A DNA stretch of 64,000 nucleotides from SAR86 cluster bacterium AG-390-O18 (GTDB lineage Bacteria; Pseudomonadota; Gammaproteobacteria; Magnimaribacterales; AG-339-G14), in contig QCHF01000002.1 in assembly GCA_003279605.1 (NCBI GenBank), forward strand, positions 64,529-128,528, in the 5' to 3' direction. This document shows, in pieces, positions 9,220-19,671 of this stretch (positions are counted from its first letter, which is position 1; every line of letters begins with the position of its first letter). Both the position numbers and the translations under genes were made by a program. The notes under the pieces are model-generated. The model made no database searches. It saw only the letters and a list, made by a program, of their open reading frames with translations, and was not told where the DNA came from.

Positions 9220-10302
9220 TTATTCCGGTAAAACTTTTATTAACTTTCCTCTTGGCCCATCGGTCAAGAGATAAATAAATCCATTTGGTGAAGCTTGAAT
9301 ATTTCTAAGTCTAGAATTCAACTTTGTAAAAAGACTTTCTTGATTGTCTTTTCCAGTTTGAGAAAAAGTAACTTTTTTAACATCTTTGGAAACCAAAGCT
9401 GTTACTAAAAAACTATTTTTCAATTCTGGATATTTATTGCCTTCATAAAAAATCATATCAGAGGGAGCAATTGATGGTGTCCAGTGTAATATAGGTTGTT
9501 CCATACCAGCTTTCTCAGTAAAAGGACTTATGACTGCTCCGGAATAATCTATGCCATAAGTAATTGCAGGCCAGCCATAGTTAAGAGACGGTTTAATCAG
9601 ATTCATTTCATCTCCGCCCCTTGGTCCATGTTCATGCTCATATATTTCACCAGTTTTTGTAACAATCAATCCTTGTTGGTTTCTGTGCCCATATGAGTAA
9701 ATGTCCGGCAGAGCATTCGCCAAGTTAACAAATGGATTATCAGATGGAATTGTTCCATCTTTATTTATTCTGACTATTTTTCCAAAATGATTATCTAAAG
9801 TTTGTGCTTTTTCTCGATGATCAAATCCATCTCCACTAGCTAGTAAGATTGTTCCATCATTTAAAAAAGCAATTTTGGCGCCTAGGTGAACGGGAATTCT
9901 TCTTGGCGCTTTTGCTTCAAAAATTACCTTTGTCTTTTCAAGAGAATCTTTATTCAATACGGCGGACATTAAATACAGCGTTGATTTTCCATCTGAATTA
10001 CGTGCTGAATAACTAAGGTATATTAATTTGTTTGAAGCAAAGTCTGGATCAAGTACAACTTCCGAGAGACCGCCTTGACTGCTGTATTGAACCTTTGGCA
10101 CATTTTTAATCTGTGTGATAGAACCATCTATCAAATTTGCAATTTTCAGCTTGCCTGGCATTTCGGTATAAATGATCTCGTCTTCGCTTAAAAACTCTAA
10201 GCTCCAAGCATCATCTAAGCCACTCAGAACTGTTTCAAACTTATAATCTGAAAAAAGACTTGTTGAAAAATATAAAACAAATAAAAAGTATTTGGCTCTC
10301 AT
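9220..10302 (-). CDS. PQQ-dependent soluble sugar dehydrogenase-like beta-propeller (YliI/sGDH family), secreted
   Basis: Has a signal peptide, and the motifs SYGHRNQQGL and HEHGPRGGDEMN are typical of the glucose/sorbosone dehydrogenase family. Confidence 0.7.
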   Translation of the reverse strand: MRAKYFLFVLYFSTSLFSDYKFETVLSGLDDAWSLEFLSEDEIIYTEMPGKLKIANLIDGSITQIKNVPKVQYSSQGGLSEVVLDPDFASNKLIYLSYSARNSDGKSTLYLMSAVLNKDSLEKTKVIFEAKAPRRIPVHLGAKIAFLNDGTILLASGDGFDHREKAQTLDNHFGKIVRINKDGTIPSDNPFVNLANALPDIYSYGHRNQQGLIVTKTGEIYEHEHGPRGGDEMNLIKPSLNYGWPAITYGIDYSGAVISPFTEKAGMEQPILHWTPSIAPSDMIFYEGNKYPELKNSFLVTALVSKDVKKVTFSQTGKDNQESLFTKLNSRLRNIQASPNGFIYLLTDGPRGKLIKVLPE

Positions 10303-10395
10303 AACTCCCCTTGATTGAAAGATTAATTATAAAAGATAAAACCTAGAGGAATAAAATAAATATCAGTTTGAAAATCATTGGTTTATCATAAATTT

Positions 10396-11616
10396 ATGAA
10401 TTTTGAACATACTCCAAAGGTTAAAGAATTAATCAATGAGGTCTCCAACTTCATGGATGAAAATATATATCCTGCTGAAGAGATATATGCGAATGAAATG
10501 AAAGCCTTTCGAGATACTGGTAATCCCTGGCAAGTTCCTAAAGTAATAGAAGAATTAAAGCTTAAAGCAAAAAAACAAGGTTTATGGAATTTTTTCTTAC
10601 CTGAAAGTGAAAGTGGTTTTGGCTTAACTAATTTGGAATATGCTCCTCTAGCAGAGATTATGGGCAAAGTGAGCTTTGCCTCAGAAATTTTTAATTGTTC
10701 TGCGCCAGATACTGGGAATATGGAGGTATTAGATAAGTTTGGTTCTGACTTTCAAAAAGAAAAATGGTTACAACCTCTTTTAAAAGGCGAAATCAGGTCG
10801 GCCTTTGCAATGACGGAACCAAAAGTAGCTTCTTCTGATGCTACCAATATAGAAAGTAAGATAGAAGAGGATGGGGATGAATATGTAATAAATGGAGAAA
10901 AATGGTGGACTTCCGGATTTGGTAGGCCTGATTGCAAAGTGATGATTTTTATGGGAGTTACGAACCCAGACAATCCTAAGCACCAAAGACAGTCTCAAAT
11001 ACTTATTCCTACAGACGCTAAAGGTATTAAAAACCTTAGAATGTTAAGTGTTTATGGAGCAGATCACGCGCCAAATGGGCATGCTCATCTTAAATTTTCT
11101 GATGTTAGAGTTCCCAAGGAAAACTTAATTTTAGGAGAAGGTAGGGGTTTTGAAATAGCCCAAGGTAGACTTGGGCCTGGTAGGATTCATCACTGCATGA
11201 GAATCATAGGAATTGCAGAAAGAGCATTAGATTTGCTGTGTAAACGCTCTCTTAATAGGAAAGCTTTTGGCAAACCTCTGGCTGAACTGGGTGGAAACTA
11301 TGATGTAATCGCTGACTGTAGAATTGAGATAGAAATGTGTAGATTGATGACTCTTAAGGCAGCTCATATGATGGATACAGCTGGGAACAAAATAGCAAAA
11401 AGTGAAATTGCTCAGATTAAAGTTGCTATTCCTTTAATGGCAACCAGAGTTATTGATAAAGCTATTCAGATTCATGGAGGTGCAGGTGTTTCTCAAGATA
11501 CGCCTTTAGCTAGCTTATATGCTTCTGTGAGATTTTTAAGAATTGGAGATGGTCCAGACGAAGTGCATAGACGAACAGTTGCTAGGTATGAATTGGGTAA
11601 ACACGAAAACTTATAA
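10396..11616 (+). CDS. Acyl-CoA dehydrogenase, FadE2 / ACAD10-ACAD11 C-terminal-domain type
   Basis: The N-terminus [12 protein letters not shown]...[29 protein letters not shown] and the C-terminal [10 protein letters not shown] are hallmarks of this ACAD subgroup. I prefer the ATG at 10396 over the TTG at 10378. Confidence 0.8.
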   Translation: MNFEHTPKVKELINEVSNFMDENIYPAEEIYANEMKAFRDTGNPWQVPKVIEELKLKAKKQGLWNFFLPESESGFGLTNLEYAPLAEIMGKVSFASEIFNCSAPDTGNMEVLDKFGSDFQKEKWLQPLLKGEIRSAFAMTEPKVASSDATNIESKIEEDGDEYVINGEKWWTSGFGRPDCKVMIFMGVTNPDNPKHQRQSQILIPTDAKGIKNLRMLSVYGADHAPNGHAHLKFSDVRVPKENLILGEGRGFEIAQGRLGPGRIHHCMRIIGIAERALDLLCKRSLNRKAFGKPLAELGGNYDVIADCRIEIEMCRLMTLKAAHMMDTAGNKIAKSEIAQIKVAIPLMATRVIDKAIQIHGGAGVSQDTPLASLYASVRFLRIGDGPDEVHRRTVARYELGKHENL

Positions 11617-11633
11617 AGGCTATAATTCGCTTA

Positions 11634-12161
11634 ATGTTAGATTTTAAAGAACAAAACTGCGATCTTACTCTTGCTGAAGGGCTGGAGATTTATTTAAGTT
11701 ATTTGAAAGAAAATAATAAAAAAATTGGTACAGATGGATTTGATGATGATTATAAAATCTGGCAATGTCATGACTGTACCCATGTCATTTTTGGTAATGG
11801 TATAACTTTTGAAGAAGAATCCATTAATGATTTGCATGGTCTTATTTTGTGTTCTTATAAGTGGAAAGATTATCTTGCCTACTTTGACGACCCTTTTTTG
11901 AAAAATCATATGAAGTATTTATGGAAAGAAGTTGGTCTTAAAAAGACAATTATTTCGATGTTTAATATATATAAATCTATTTTTGGAATTTTAAAAATGA
12001 GATTTAAAATGAAGAAAAAATGGCCTTTAAAAGTTCCTGACTCTTACTTGGACAGAAAAATTTGTGATCTCAGAGAAGAGTATGGGATAAAAATACTTTC
12101 AGAAAGCCAAAGACCTAGGAAGTTTATTGAATGGTCTGGAGCTATCAAAAATCCTAAATAA
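11634..12161 (+). CDS. Hypothetical protein with Coq4-like HDxxH-x11-E motif (paralog A)
   Basis: HDCTHVIFGNGITFEEE at nt 11769-11819. It aligns along its full length with the next ORF. Confidence 0.6.
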   Translation: MLDFKEQNCDLTLAEGLEIYLSYLKENNKKIGTDGFDDDYKIWQCHDCTHVIFGNGITFEEESINDLHGLILCSYKWKDYLAYFDDPFLKNHMKYLWKEVGLKKTIISMFNIYKSIFGILKMRFKMKKKWPLKVPDSYLDRKICDLREEYGIKILSESQRPRKFIEWSGAIKNPK

Positions 12162-12176
12162 AACTTACTCGATACT

Positions 12177-12707
12177 ATGTTGAGTTATCAAAATGAATAC
12201 TGCGATATAGCCCTAAGAGAAGGCATCGATGAATATCGTGATTATTTAAAGAAAAATAACCGCCATGTTTTGGGTGAAAATTGCTCTGAAGATGAAAAAC
12301 TTACTATTTTAGGTCACGATGCAACCCATGTGATTTTTGGTTTGGACACTTCTTTGGAGGAAGAAGCCATGCTGGACTGCTGGGTAATTTTTGGTGGAGA
12401 CGTCTTTAAGGTTATTAAAGAATATTATAAAGGTTCTTTGGATTTAAAAAAAACAAATGAAAAGGTTTATGATCTTGTCAAGGAAGTTGGATATTTAAAA
12501 TACACTTATCTGTACTTAAGAGTGATATTCCAAAAATGGCCAAAGATTTTTTTCAGAACCAAAAAGATGAAAAAATGGTCTTATTTTTTTCCTTCAGATT
12601 TTCTTGAAAAGAAAATCTCAACTCTCAGAGAAGACTTCAATATAAAAATTCTTTCACCTGAAGAAAGAAAAATGAAGAAAATTTCTTGGCAAAGGGCTAT
12701 TTCCTAA
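12177..12707 (+). CDS. Hypothetical protein with Coq4-like HDxxH-x11-E motif (paralog B)
   Basis: HDATHVIFGLDTSLEEE at nt 12315-12365. It is a tandem paralog of the previous ORF. Confidence 0.6.
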   Translation: MLSYQNEYCDIALREGIDEYRDYLKKNNRHVLGENCSEDEKLTILGHDATHVIFGLDTSLEEEAMLDCWVIFGGDVFKVIKEYYKGSLDLKKTNEKVYDLVKEVGYLKYTYLYLRVIFQKWPKIFFRTKKMKKWSYFFPSDFLEKKISTLREDFNIKILSPEERKMKKISWQRAIS

Positions 12708-12784
12708 TAAATTCACTTTCTTAATAATATTTTCGCTTGACAAGTATGCTACTTTGAAAGGTGAAGATTAAATTGAGGTGAAAA

Positions 12785-13996
12785 ATGCAAAATGCTTTGT
12801 CTAGAAAGCTTCCTGTAACCGTGCTTTCAGGTTTTTTAGGTGCAGGAAAAACTACGGTTTTAAGTCATATCTTAAATAATAGAGAAAATAAAAAGGTTGC
12901 TGTCATTGTAAATGACATGAGTGAAATTAATATTGACGCCGAAATTATTAAAAATGAAATTTCTCTTAACAGAAGTGAAGAAAAACTCGTTGAAATGAGT
13001 AATGGCTGTATTTGTTGTACTCTCAGAGAAGATTTACTCAAAGAAGTAACCAATCTAGCTAATCAGGGACGTTTTGATTATTTAGTTATCGAATCTACTG
13101 GTATTTCCGAACCTTTGCCGGTTGCAGAAACATTCACATTTGCTGATGAAAATGGGATTTCTTTATCTAATGTTGCTGATTTAGATACCATGGTAACAGT
13201 TGTAGATGCAGTAAATTTCCTAAAAGATTATGAAGAAGCAAAATATCTTAAAGATAAGGGAGAGTCTTTAGGAGAAGACGACGAAAGGAGCGTAGCGGAC
13301 TTATTAGTTGATCAGGTCGAATTTGCAGACTTAATTCTGATAAGTAAAACAGATCTTATTAATCACCAAACCTTAAAAAAACTTGTCGCCATTATTAAAA
13401 CTTTAAACACGAAAGCTAAAATTGTTCCTATTATCAATGGTGAAGTTGAATTAGATAAGGTGTTAAACACCGGTTTGTTTGATTTTGAAGAGGCTCAAAA
13501 AGCTCCTGGTTGGCTTAAGGAAATGCGAGGGGAGCACATTCCTGAAACCGAGGAGTATGGCATTTCTAGTTTTAGCTACGAAGCAAGAAAACCTTTCCAT
13601 CCAGAAAAATTTCTAAACTTTTTACATTCAACTCAAAAGTTTGGAAAACTTATTAGGTCTAAGGGTTTTTTCTGGCTTGCTACCCGACCTGAATTTGCCG
13701 GACAATGGAGTCAAGCGGGAGGAATTGCGCATTATGGGTTTGCAGGTATGTTTTGGAAAGCTGTACCTGAAAAAGATTGGCCTCAAGATGAAGAATATCT
13801 TTCTTCAATAAAGGAACAATGGGTTGAACCATTCGGGGACATGCGACAAGAGTTAGTTTTTATTGGACAACATCTTGATAAAGAAAAAATGATTAAATCT
13901 CTTGATGAATGTCTTCTAACAGAAGATGAAGTTCTCAAAGGAAGAGAATATTGGGAATCTCTTAATGATCCATTTCCTGCATGGAATGAAAGTTAA
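12785..13996 (+). CDS. COG0523-family G3E GTPase (CobW/YjiA/ZigA-type metallochaperone)
   Basis: Has P-loop GFLGAGKTT, the metal-binding [10 protein letters not shown] (CxCC) motif, ESTGISEP and SKTDL, plus the C-terminal CobW_C-like domain. Confidence 0.85.
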   Translation: MQNALSRKLPVTVLSGFLGAGKTTVLSHILNNRENKKVAVIVNDMSEINIDAEIIKNEISLNRSEEKLVEMSNGCICCTLREDLLKEVTNLANQGRFDYLVIESTGISEPLPVAETFTFADENGISLSNVADLDTMVTVVDAVNFLKDYEEAKYLKDKGESLGEDDERSVADLLVDQVEFADLILISKTDLINHQTLKKLVAIIKTLNTKAKIVPIINGEVELDKVLNTGLFDFEEAQKAPGWLKEMRGEHIPETEEYGISSFSYEARKPFHPEKFLNFLHSTQKFGKLIRSKGFFWLATRPEFAGQWSQAGGIAHYGFAGMFWKAVPEKDWPQDEEYLSSIKEQWVEPFGDMRQELVFIGQHLDKEKMIKSLDECLLTEDEVLKGREYWESLNDPFPAWNES

Positions 13997-14618
13997 AAAA
14001 GGATTAGTGAAAGCAATTTTTAGTAAAAGCTTCTGTGACTTTGAGAATCTTGTCTCAGAGGAAGTTGAAGTTGTGGGAGTCTTACCTGTTAAATCTGAAG
14101 AGATAATTTCATTTGCAAAAAAGGTAGCCGAGAACAAACAAAACCTTGAATTGGAATTTTTTTATTCTTTGAATCAGAATAAGAAATTAGAAAGTTTTTT
14201 TTCAAAATCTTTAGATATCGATGATGTCTCTTTGATTGCAAACCATATGATAGAGGTTAGTAAAATTTTAAGAAAACTTACAGATTGTAAAAAAGTAAAC
14301 ATAAAATTAACTTCCTTAAGATCTCCGATGTGTCCTATCTTTCACGTTGACAATATTCCATGTAGGTTTTTGGTAACTCTCTATGGATTAGGTACAGAGT
14401 GGATTGCCCATGATGAAGTTGATTGGAAAATTTTTGAAAAAAAGGATTCAAAAGAAGCTCCACTGAAGGATACGAGAAGAATTAAAAATTTTAAAACAGG
14501 TGAATGGTGTTTACTCAAAGGGGGTTCATGGCAAGAAAATTTTAATGGGGTAGTCCACCGATCGCCTCACAAAATTGATAACAGGCTACTACTCTCAATT
14601 GATCCTGTGTTTTTTTGA
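13986..14618 (+). CDS. DUF1826-like protein
   Basis: The core [29 protein letters not shown] matches my memory of the DUF1826 signature. The ATG at 13986 overlaps the GTPase stop, whereas the track start at 13926 would overlap by 71 nt. Confidence 0.45.
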   Translation: MKVKKGLVKAIFSKSFCDFENLVSEEVEVVGVLPVKSEEIISFAKKVAENKQNLELEFFYSLNQNKKLESFFSKSLDIDDVSLIANHMIEVSKILRKLTDCKKVNIKLTSLRSPMCPIFHVDNIPCRFLVTLYGLGTEWIAHDEVDWKIFEKKDSKEAPLKDTRRIKNFKTGEWCLLKGGSWQENFNGVVHRSPHKIDNRLLLSIDPVFF

Positions 14619-14624
14619 TTTTTT

Positions 14625-14701
<77 letters not shown>

Positions 14702-14728
14702 TTATGTTTTTAATCATTCTGAATGAAT

Positions 14729-16513
14729 TTATTCGTCTAGGAAAGTTTTAAGATGCCCAGATCTTGAAGGATGTCTTAGTTTTCTTAAAGCTTTAGCCTC
14801 AATCTGCCTGATTCTCTCTCTGGTTACATCAAATTGTTTGCCAACCTCTTCCAAAGTGTGATCGGTATTCATACCAATCCCAAATCTCATTCTCAACACT
14901 TTAGCCTCCCTAGCCGTTAAGCTAGACAAGACGCCGTCAGTAGCATCGTGAAGATTATTTTCTGTAGCCGCATCAATTGGAGAGTCTTGCAAGGGGTCTT
15001 CAATAAAATCTCCTAAGGTAGTGTCGTCTTCATCTCCTATTGGAGTTTCAGTAGAAATAGGTTCTTTAGCGATTTTTAAAACTTTTCTGATTTTTTCTTC
15101 TGGCATGTCCATCTTTTCAGAAAGTTCTTCTGGTGTTGGTTCCTTACCGTGTTCTTGAAGCATTTGACGAGATATTCTGTTCAGTTTGTTGATAGTCTCA
15201 ATCATATGCACAGGAATTCGAATGGTTCTTGCTTGATCAGCAATCGATCTAGTAATTGCCTGCCTAATCCACCAGGTAGCATAGGTTGAAAACTTGTATC
15301 CCCTTCTGTATTCAAATTTATCAACTGCTTTCATCAAGCCAATATTTCCTTCTTGAATGAGATCTAGAAATTGTAGCCCTCTATTTGTATATTTTTTTGC
15401 TATTGAAATAACAAGCCTTAAGTTTGCTTCAATCATGTCTTTCTTAGCTCTTCTAATTTTCGTTTCACCCTTTGCCATTTTTGAAGTAATGTCTTTTAGC
15501 TCTTGGACATTCATACCAACATTGTCGGTAAGAGATAATATTCTTTTTTGGATTTTATTTATGTCAGGTTTTACATCCTTAAGGAGCTTTGCGTAGTTTT
15601 TCTTAGAGCGAATAGTGCTATCAAGAAACTTAAAGTTCGTTTGGTTATCTCTAAAGATTTCCAAAAAGTCTTTTCTTGGCATGTTGCAATCTTGTGTGCA
15701 AATGTCATAAATTTGTCTTTCAGAGTCTCTAATTGCCTTTGCTAAAGCTCTTGCTGTTAAAGATATTGTTTCAAATCTCTTTGGTGATAACTTAAGAAAC
15801 TTGAATACTTCTCCTAATTTATCGAGATCCTTTTGAGCTTTATCATTTTCTCTTCCAGATGAAGCAATAGTTTTCTGAGATTTATTATATTGTCTTTTTA
15901 TAGAAGAAAATCTTTTAGCGAGTTCTTCCAAATTAATTCCAACATCTTCTTCATCATCATCATCTGCTTCAGCTGCAACTTCTTCAGTTGAAGGCGGAAG
16001 ATCTTCTTCTATATCCATAAAACCTACAACTAAATCTGTAATTCTTTTGTCTTCTTTTTTGATTAATTCATATTCCAGTAAAACATCCTCAATGATTCCT
16101 GGATAAAAGGCACAGGCATGAAGCAAATCTCTTGCCCCTTCTTCGATACGTTTTGCAATGGCAATCTCGCCTTCTCTGGTTAATAAGTCAACAGAGCCCA
16201 TTTCTCTCATGTAGAGCCTTACAGGATCGGTAGTTCTGCCAACTTCCGACTCAATGGTGCCCATTTCGTTTTCAGTTGGGGTTTCAGGCGTATCTTGATT
16301 TGCAGGAGAAAAATTAGACCCTTCATCTGGAGCCTCTTCTAAAACTTGAAGACCTAAATCATTTATTATCTGGATAACCTCATCTAGCTGATCAGGATCA
16401 GAAACTTCATCGGGTAAGTAATCGTTTATGTCGGCAAAGGTGATGTATCCCTGTTCTCTGCCTTTTTCGATGAGCTCTCGCAGCCCACTATTCTCTAAAT
16501 CGTCGTCAATCAT
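14729..16513 (-). CDS. rpoD: RNA polymerase sigma-70 factor RpoD
   Basis: Has an acidic region 1, the regions 2-4 motifs [50 protein letters not shown], and [27 protein letters not shown]. Confidence 0.98.
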   Translation of the reverse strand: MIDDDLENSGLRELIEKGREQGYITFADINDYLPDEVSDPDQLDEVIQIINDLGLQVLEEAPDEGSNFSPANQDTPETPTENEMGTIESEVGRTTDPVRLYMREMGSVDLLTREGEIAIAKRIEEGARDLLHACAFYPGIIEDVLLEYELIKKEDKRITDLVVGFMDIEEDLPPSTEEVAAEADDDDEEDVGINLEELAKRFSSIKRQYNKSQKTIASSGRENDKAQKDLDKLGEVFKFLKLSPKRFETISLTARALAKAIRDSERQIYDICTQDCNMPRKDFLEIFRDNQTNFKFLDSTIRSKKNYAKLLKDVKPDINKIQKRILSLTDNVGMNVQELKDITSKMAKGETKIRRAKKDMIEANLRLVISIAKKYTNRGLQFLDLIQEGNIGLMKAVDKFEYRRGYKFSTYATWWIRQAITRSIADQARTIRIPVHMIETINKLNRISRQMLQEHGKEPTPEELSEKMDMPEEKIRKVLKIAKEPISTETPIGDEDDTTLGDFIEDPLQDSPIDAATENNLHDATDGVLSSLTAREAKVLRMRFGIGMNTDHTLEEVGKQFDVTRERIRQIEAKALRKLRHPSRSGHLKTFLDE

Positions 16514-16571
16514 ATTTTGGGAAGTTGATTATATATAAGTTTGAAAGTCTTAACTATTAAATTTTAATCAT

Positions 16572-18320
16572 TTAGAGCTTTTTAAATAAGGATAGTTCGT
16601 CCTCAGTAAGTTGCTCAAATTTAGAAGTAAGAAGTTTTTTAAGCTCTATTTTTTCTTTGGAATCCAACTCATTTTTTTCATACTTTATCTTCAATTTTTG
16701 CAAAAGATTATCTCCTTGATTTCTTTCAATGTAATCAACAGCCTGTTTTATGAACTTCAAACCCTCATCAGGACTAATTAGGTTTTGATCGTTTGATAGA
16801 TCAATAAGAATGTTTTTTTGATCAGGAAACTCTTGAATGATCATAGGAAAAGATACATCAGATTTGGCTCTTAAAAAGGAAATTAAGGGACTAATTAAGA
16901 ATTCATTATTATCTATAAAATAATCCAGGTTTTCAGATTTAGCTAAATCAGGATTGTGAATAATGCATTTGAGTAAGCTCTTAGTTACCTTACTCAGATC
17001 CATTTGCATGTCTTCTGGTTGAGAGTGTTTTTTAGCTTCTGGCTTTGTTGGTGAAATCTCATTGAGATCGACATCCATTTTTTTTGAAAACTCATTGATC
17101 AAAATATTTTTAAAGTTACCTTCTTGCATGGGCTTCACTAAAGAAACAAACTCTTTGGATGCTGCAGCTTTTCCTTCTAAAGAACTGTCATGCTTTTCTA
17201 AAATGCTTTCAAATAAATAGTCCGAAAGATTTTTTGCATCTTTTATTAGCTTAGGTAATTCGTCTTTTCCTTTTTCTAACAACAGACTTGCTGGATCATG
17301 ATCATCTGGCAGGAATAAGAACTTAACTCTTTTGCCATCTTTCACAATAGGAATAGCTATTTCTAGTGCTAATTTTGAGGCATTTCTGCCTGCCTCATCT
17401 CCATCAAAACAAAAAATAACTTCATCTGTCTTTTGAAAAAGCGTTTCTAAATGAAATTTATTAGTCGCTATTCCTAATGTTGCAACGGCAATGGGTAAAT
17501 CAAAGCTAAAGCAAGCCAAGACATCCATATAACCTTCCACTACTAAGATCTGACTTGGTCTTGAGTTTCTTTCTAAAACATTTGGAAGTCCATATAGTTC
17601 TCTGCTTTTTTTGAATACTCCGGATTCTGGAGTGTTGAGGTATTTGGGTTGATCTTCATCTTCTAAAACTCTTCCTCCAAATCCAACAATTTTATTTCTT
17701 CTAGAAGCAATAGGAAAAATCAATCTGTTTCTGAAAACATCATACTTTCTTTCATTTTTTGCGATTTTAAAAAGTTTAGAAGATTCTTTGGCTTCAATCT
17801 TTTTGGATTCGAAATGTTTTACAAGATTATCCCAACCTTCCAAACTTAAACCCAATTCAAATTCCCTTGAGATTTCTTCTGAAATTCCTCTTTCCTTCAA
17901 ATAATATCTTATGTGTTCTCCTTCCTTTGGCTTAAGAAGATTATTCTTATAAAAGTTTTTAGCCTCATCATTAAAACGAAATAATTCATCAAATTTTTCC
18001 CTATCGTAGTTTGATTTAGTCCTTGGAATTTCCAAACCAAGGTTTTTTGCTAAAATTTCCACAGCGCCAACAAAATCTTTTGACTGATAATTCATCAAAA
18101 AACCAATAGCATTTCCTGAAGCTCTGCATTTAAAACAATAATAAAATTGCTTTTGATCACTCACGCTAAATGATGGGTTACTACCATCATCACAAAAAGG
18201 ACACTGCGCCCAATGATCTTTGCCTTTTCTTTTTAAAGGAACATAAGAATCAACTAGAGAGACAATATCTGAATCCTCCAGGACTTTTTGAATAAAATCT
18301 TCAGGAATGAAATCAGACAT
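16572..18320 (-). CDS. dnaG: DNA primase DnaG
   Basis: Has the zinc ribbon CPFCDDGSNPSFSVS..YYCFKC and the TOPRIM motifs EGYMDV and DGDEAG. The start overlaps the ruvX stop by 8 nt. Confidence 0.95.
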   Translation of the reverse strand: MSDFIPEDFIQKVLEDSDIVSLVDSYVPLKRKGKDHWAQCPFCDDGSNPSFSVSDQKQFYYCFKCRASGNAIGFLMNYQSKDFVGAVEILAKNLGLEIPRTKSNYDREKFDELFRFNDEAKNFYKNNLLKPKEGEHIRYYLKERGISEEISREFELGLSLEGWDNLVKHFESKKIEAKESSKLFKIAKNERKYDVFRNRLIFPIASRRNKIVGFGGRVLEDEDQPKYLNTPESGVFKKSRELYGLPNVLERNSRPSQILVVEGYMDVLACFSFDLPIAVATLGIATNKFHLETLFQKTDEVIFCFDGDEAGRNASKLALEIAIPIVKDGKRVKFLFLPDDHDPASLLLEKGKDELPKLIKDAKNLSDYLFESILEKHDSSLEGKAAASKEFVSLVKPMQEGNFKNILINEFSKKMDVDLNEISPTKPEAKKHSQPEDMQMDLSKVTKSLLKCIIHNPDLAKSENLDYFIDNNEFLISPLISFLRAKSDVSFPMIIQEFPDQKNILIDLSNDQNLISPDEGLKFIKQAVDYIERNQGDNLLQKLKIKYEKNELDSKEKIELKKLLTSKFEQLTEDELSLFKKL

Positions 18321-18735
18321 TTTTACTTTTTTCTCTTAACCAAGATTCCAAAATTACCTGAGCAGCTAAGGCATCAATTCCTGGATTAGGTTGTATCTTA
18401 TTTTTTTTAATTATTTCGTTTTGCTCCTTTGCCTCAAAAGAAGACAGTCTCTCATCATGAAGTTTACATTCTATGTTTAAAGATTTTTCAATTTTTTTCT
18501 TAAAACCTCTAACCTCTTTAGACATTTTACTTTCTGTATCGTCCATATTTATTGGGAGACCTAATATAATAAATTTTACCTCCCACTGGTTTACTAAATC
18601 TTGTATTTCTTGAAAGAGTTTTTTTTGATTTTTATAAATAATTGTTCCTTGGGTTGAGGAAGTAAGTGTAATGTCATTACCGATGGCATAACCGATATAT
18701 TTTTGTCCATAATCTAAGCCTAAGATATTTGCCAT
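18313..18735 (-). CDS. ruvX: Putative pre-16S rRNA nuclease / Holliday junction resolvase-like protein RuvX (YqgF)
   Basis: ILGLDYGQKYIGYAIG at the N-terminus and a size of 140 aa. It follows gshB as in E. coli. Confidence 0.85.
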   Translation of the reverse strand: MANILGLDYGQKYIGYAIGNDITLTSSTQGTIIYKNQKKLFQEIQDLVNQWEVKFIILGLPINMDDTESKMSKEVRGFKKKIEKSLNIECKLHDERLSSFEAKEQNEIIKKNKIQPNPGIDALAAQVILESWLREKSKNV

Positions 18736-19670
18736 TAAAAAACTTTTTCTATCTGCTCAATTAAGTCCTTGGCGAGGTTTATGCCTTGTTGATCATACAA
18801 TTCTCTAAAACAAGTAGGACTCGTAATGTTTATTTCGGTCAGAAAAGATCCCAATATGTCTATGCCTGCAACCAAAATGCCGTTTTCGATTAATTTGGGT
18901 TTTATTGCATTTACAATCTCAAGATCTCTATCGTTCAATTCTCTAACTTCTGCCTTTCCTCCAGCAGCAAGATTTCCACGAAAATCATCTCCTTGAGGAA
19001 TCCTGGTCACAGCAAAACCACAATCTTCACCTGAAATTAGAATGACTCTTTTATCTCCTTCAAATACTTCAGGAATGAATTTTTGTATCATCATTTTTTC
19101 TTTTTTTTCATCAATTAAGTCAAGAGTTTCGAGAAGATCTAAGTCTTCACGATGAAGTCTTTTAATGCCTTCCCCACCCATCAAACCTAAAGGTTTAATT
19201 ACTACTTCGGAATTTTTATCAATAAAATCTTTAATAATCTCTTTTGAAGAAGAAACTATGGTGTCGGTAATCAAAGATGGATAATCAAGAATTGCCAATT
19301 TTTCATTGTTATCTCTAAGAGCTTTTGGATCATTAAATACTTTGACTCCCAATTTTGTAGCAGCTTCCAAAATATAAGTATTATTTATGAAGTCCATATC
19401 GAAAGGAGGATCTTGTCTCATCAATATTGCATCAAAGAAATCTAAAGACGAGATGGTATTTTTCCCTTTTTCATACCAGCTAGATTCTTCATATTTAACT
19501 GAAATAGGAGAAAATTCTGCACAAGGTTTATTAGAATTAAAAAAAAGACAATTTGGCTCAATGTAAAAAATTTCATGCCCTTTTTCTTGAGCCTCAACCA
19601 TCATAGCTAAAGTTGAATCTTTTTTATAAGAAATCTGAGAGATGGGATTCATTACAAAAGCTAGTTTCAT
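18735..19670 (-). CDS. gshB: Glutathione synthetase GshB
   Basis: Has the N-terminal prokaryotic GSH synthetase domain (KDSTLAMM, MRQDPPFD), an ATP-grasp domain (VIKPLGLMGGEGI, GDKRV) and NITSPT. Confidence 0.9.
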   Translation of the reverse strand: MKLAFVMNPISQISYKKDSTLAMMVEAQEKGHEIFYIEPNCLFFNSNKPCAEFSPISVKYEESSWYEKGKNTISSLDFFDAILMRQDPPFDMDFINNTYILEAATKLGVKVFNDPKALRDNNEKLAILDYPSLITDTIVSSSKEIIKDFIDKNSEVVIKPLGLMGGEGIKRLHREDLDLLETLDLIDEKKEKMMIQKFIPEVFEGDKRVILISGEDCGFAVTRIPQGDDFRGNLAAGGKAEVRELNDRDLEIVNAIKPKLIENGILVAGIDILGSFLTEINITSPTCFRELYDQQGINLAKDLIEQIEKVF

Positions 19671-19671
19671 T

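Noticed and set aside
12708-12784. A search for a Zur box upstream of the COG0523 GTPase.
   Set aside because: There is only generic AT-rich sequence (cttaataatatttt) and no GTTATAAC-type palindrome. I cannot support zinc regulation from the sequence.
13926-13985. Longer track starts for the DUF1826-like gene (13926), ridA (49580), spoT (47485), the ACAD (10378) and pyrE (46526).
   Set aside because: Each extension lies inside the upstream gene or uses TTG when an ATG or GTG follows a few codons later. Those later starts give an N-terminus matching the family norm, for example RidA MKIIETDNAPKAIG.
16528-16533. A TATAAT hexamer on the minus strand in the dnaG-rpoD spacer as an rpoD promoter.
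   Set aside because: It lies only 15 nt from the ATG and has a poor -35 (TAGTTA). TATA-like hexamers are expected by chance in this composition.
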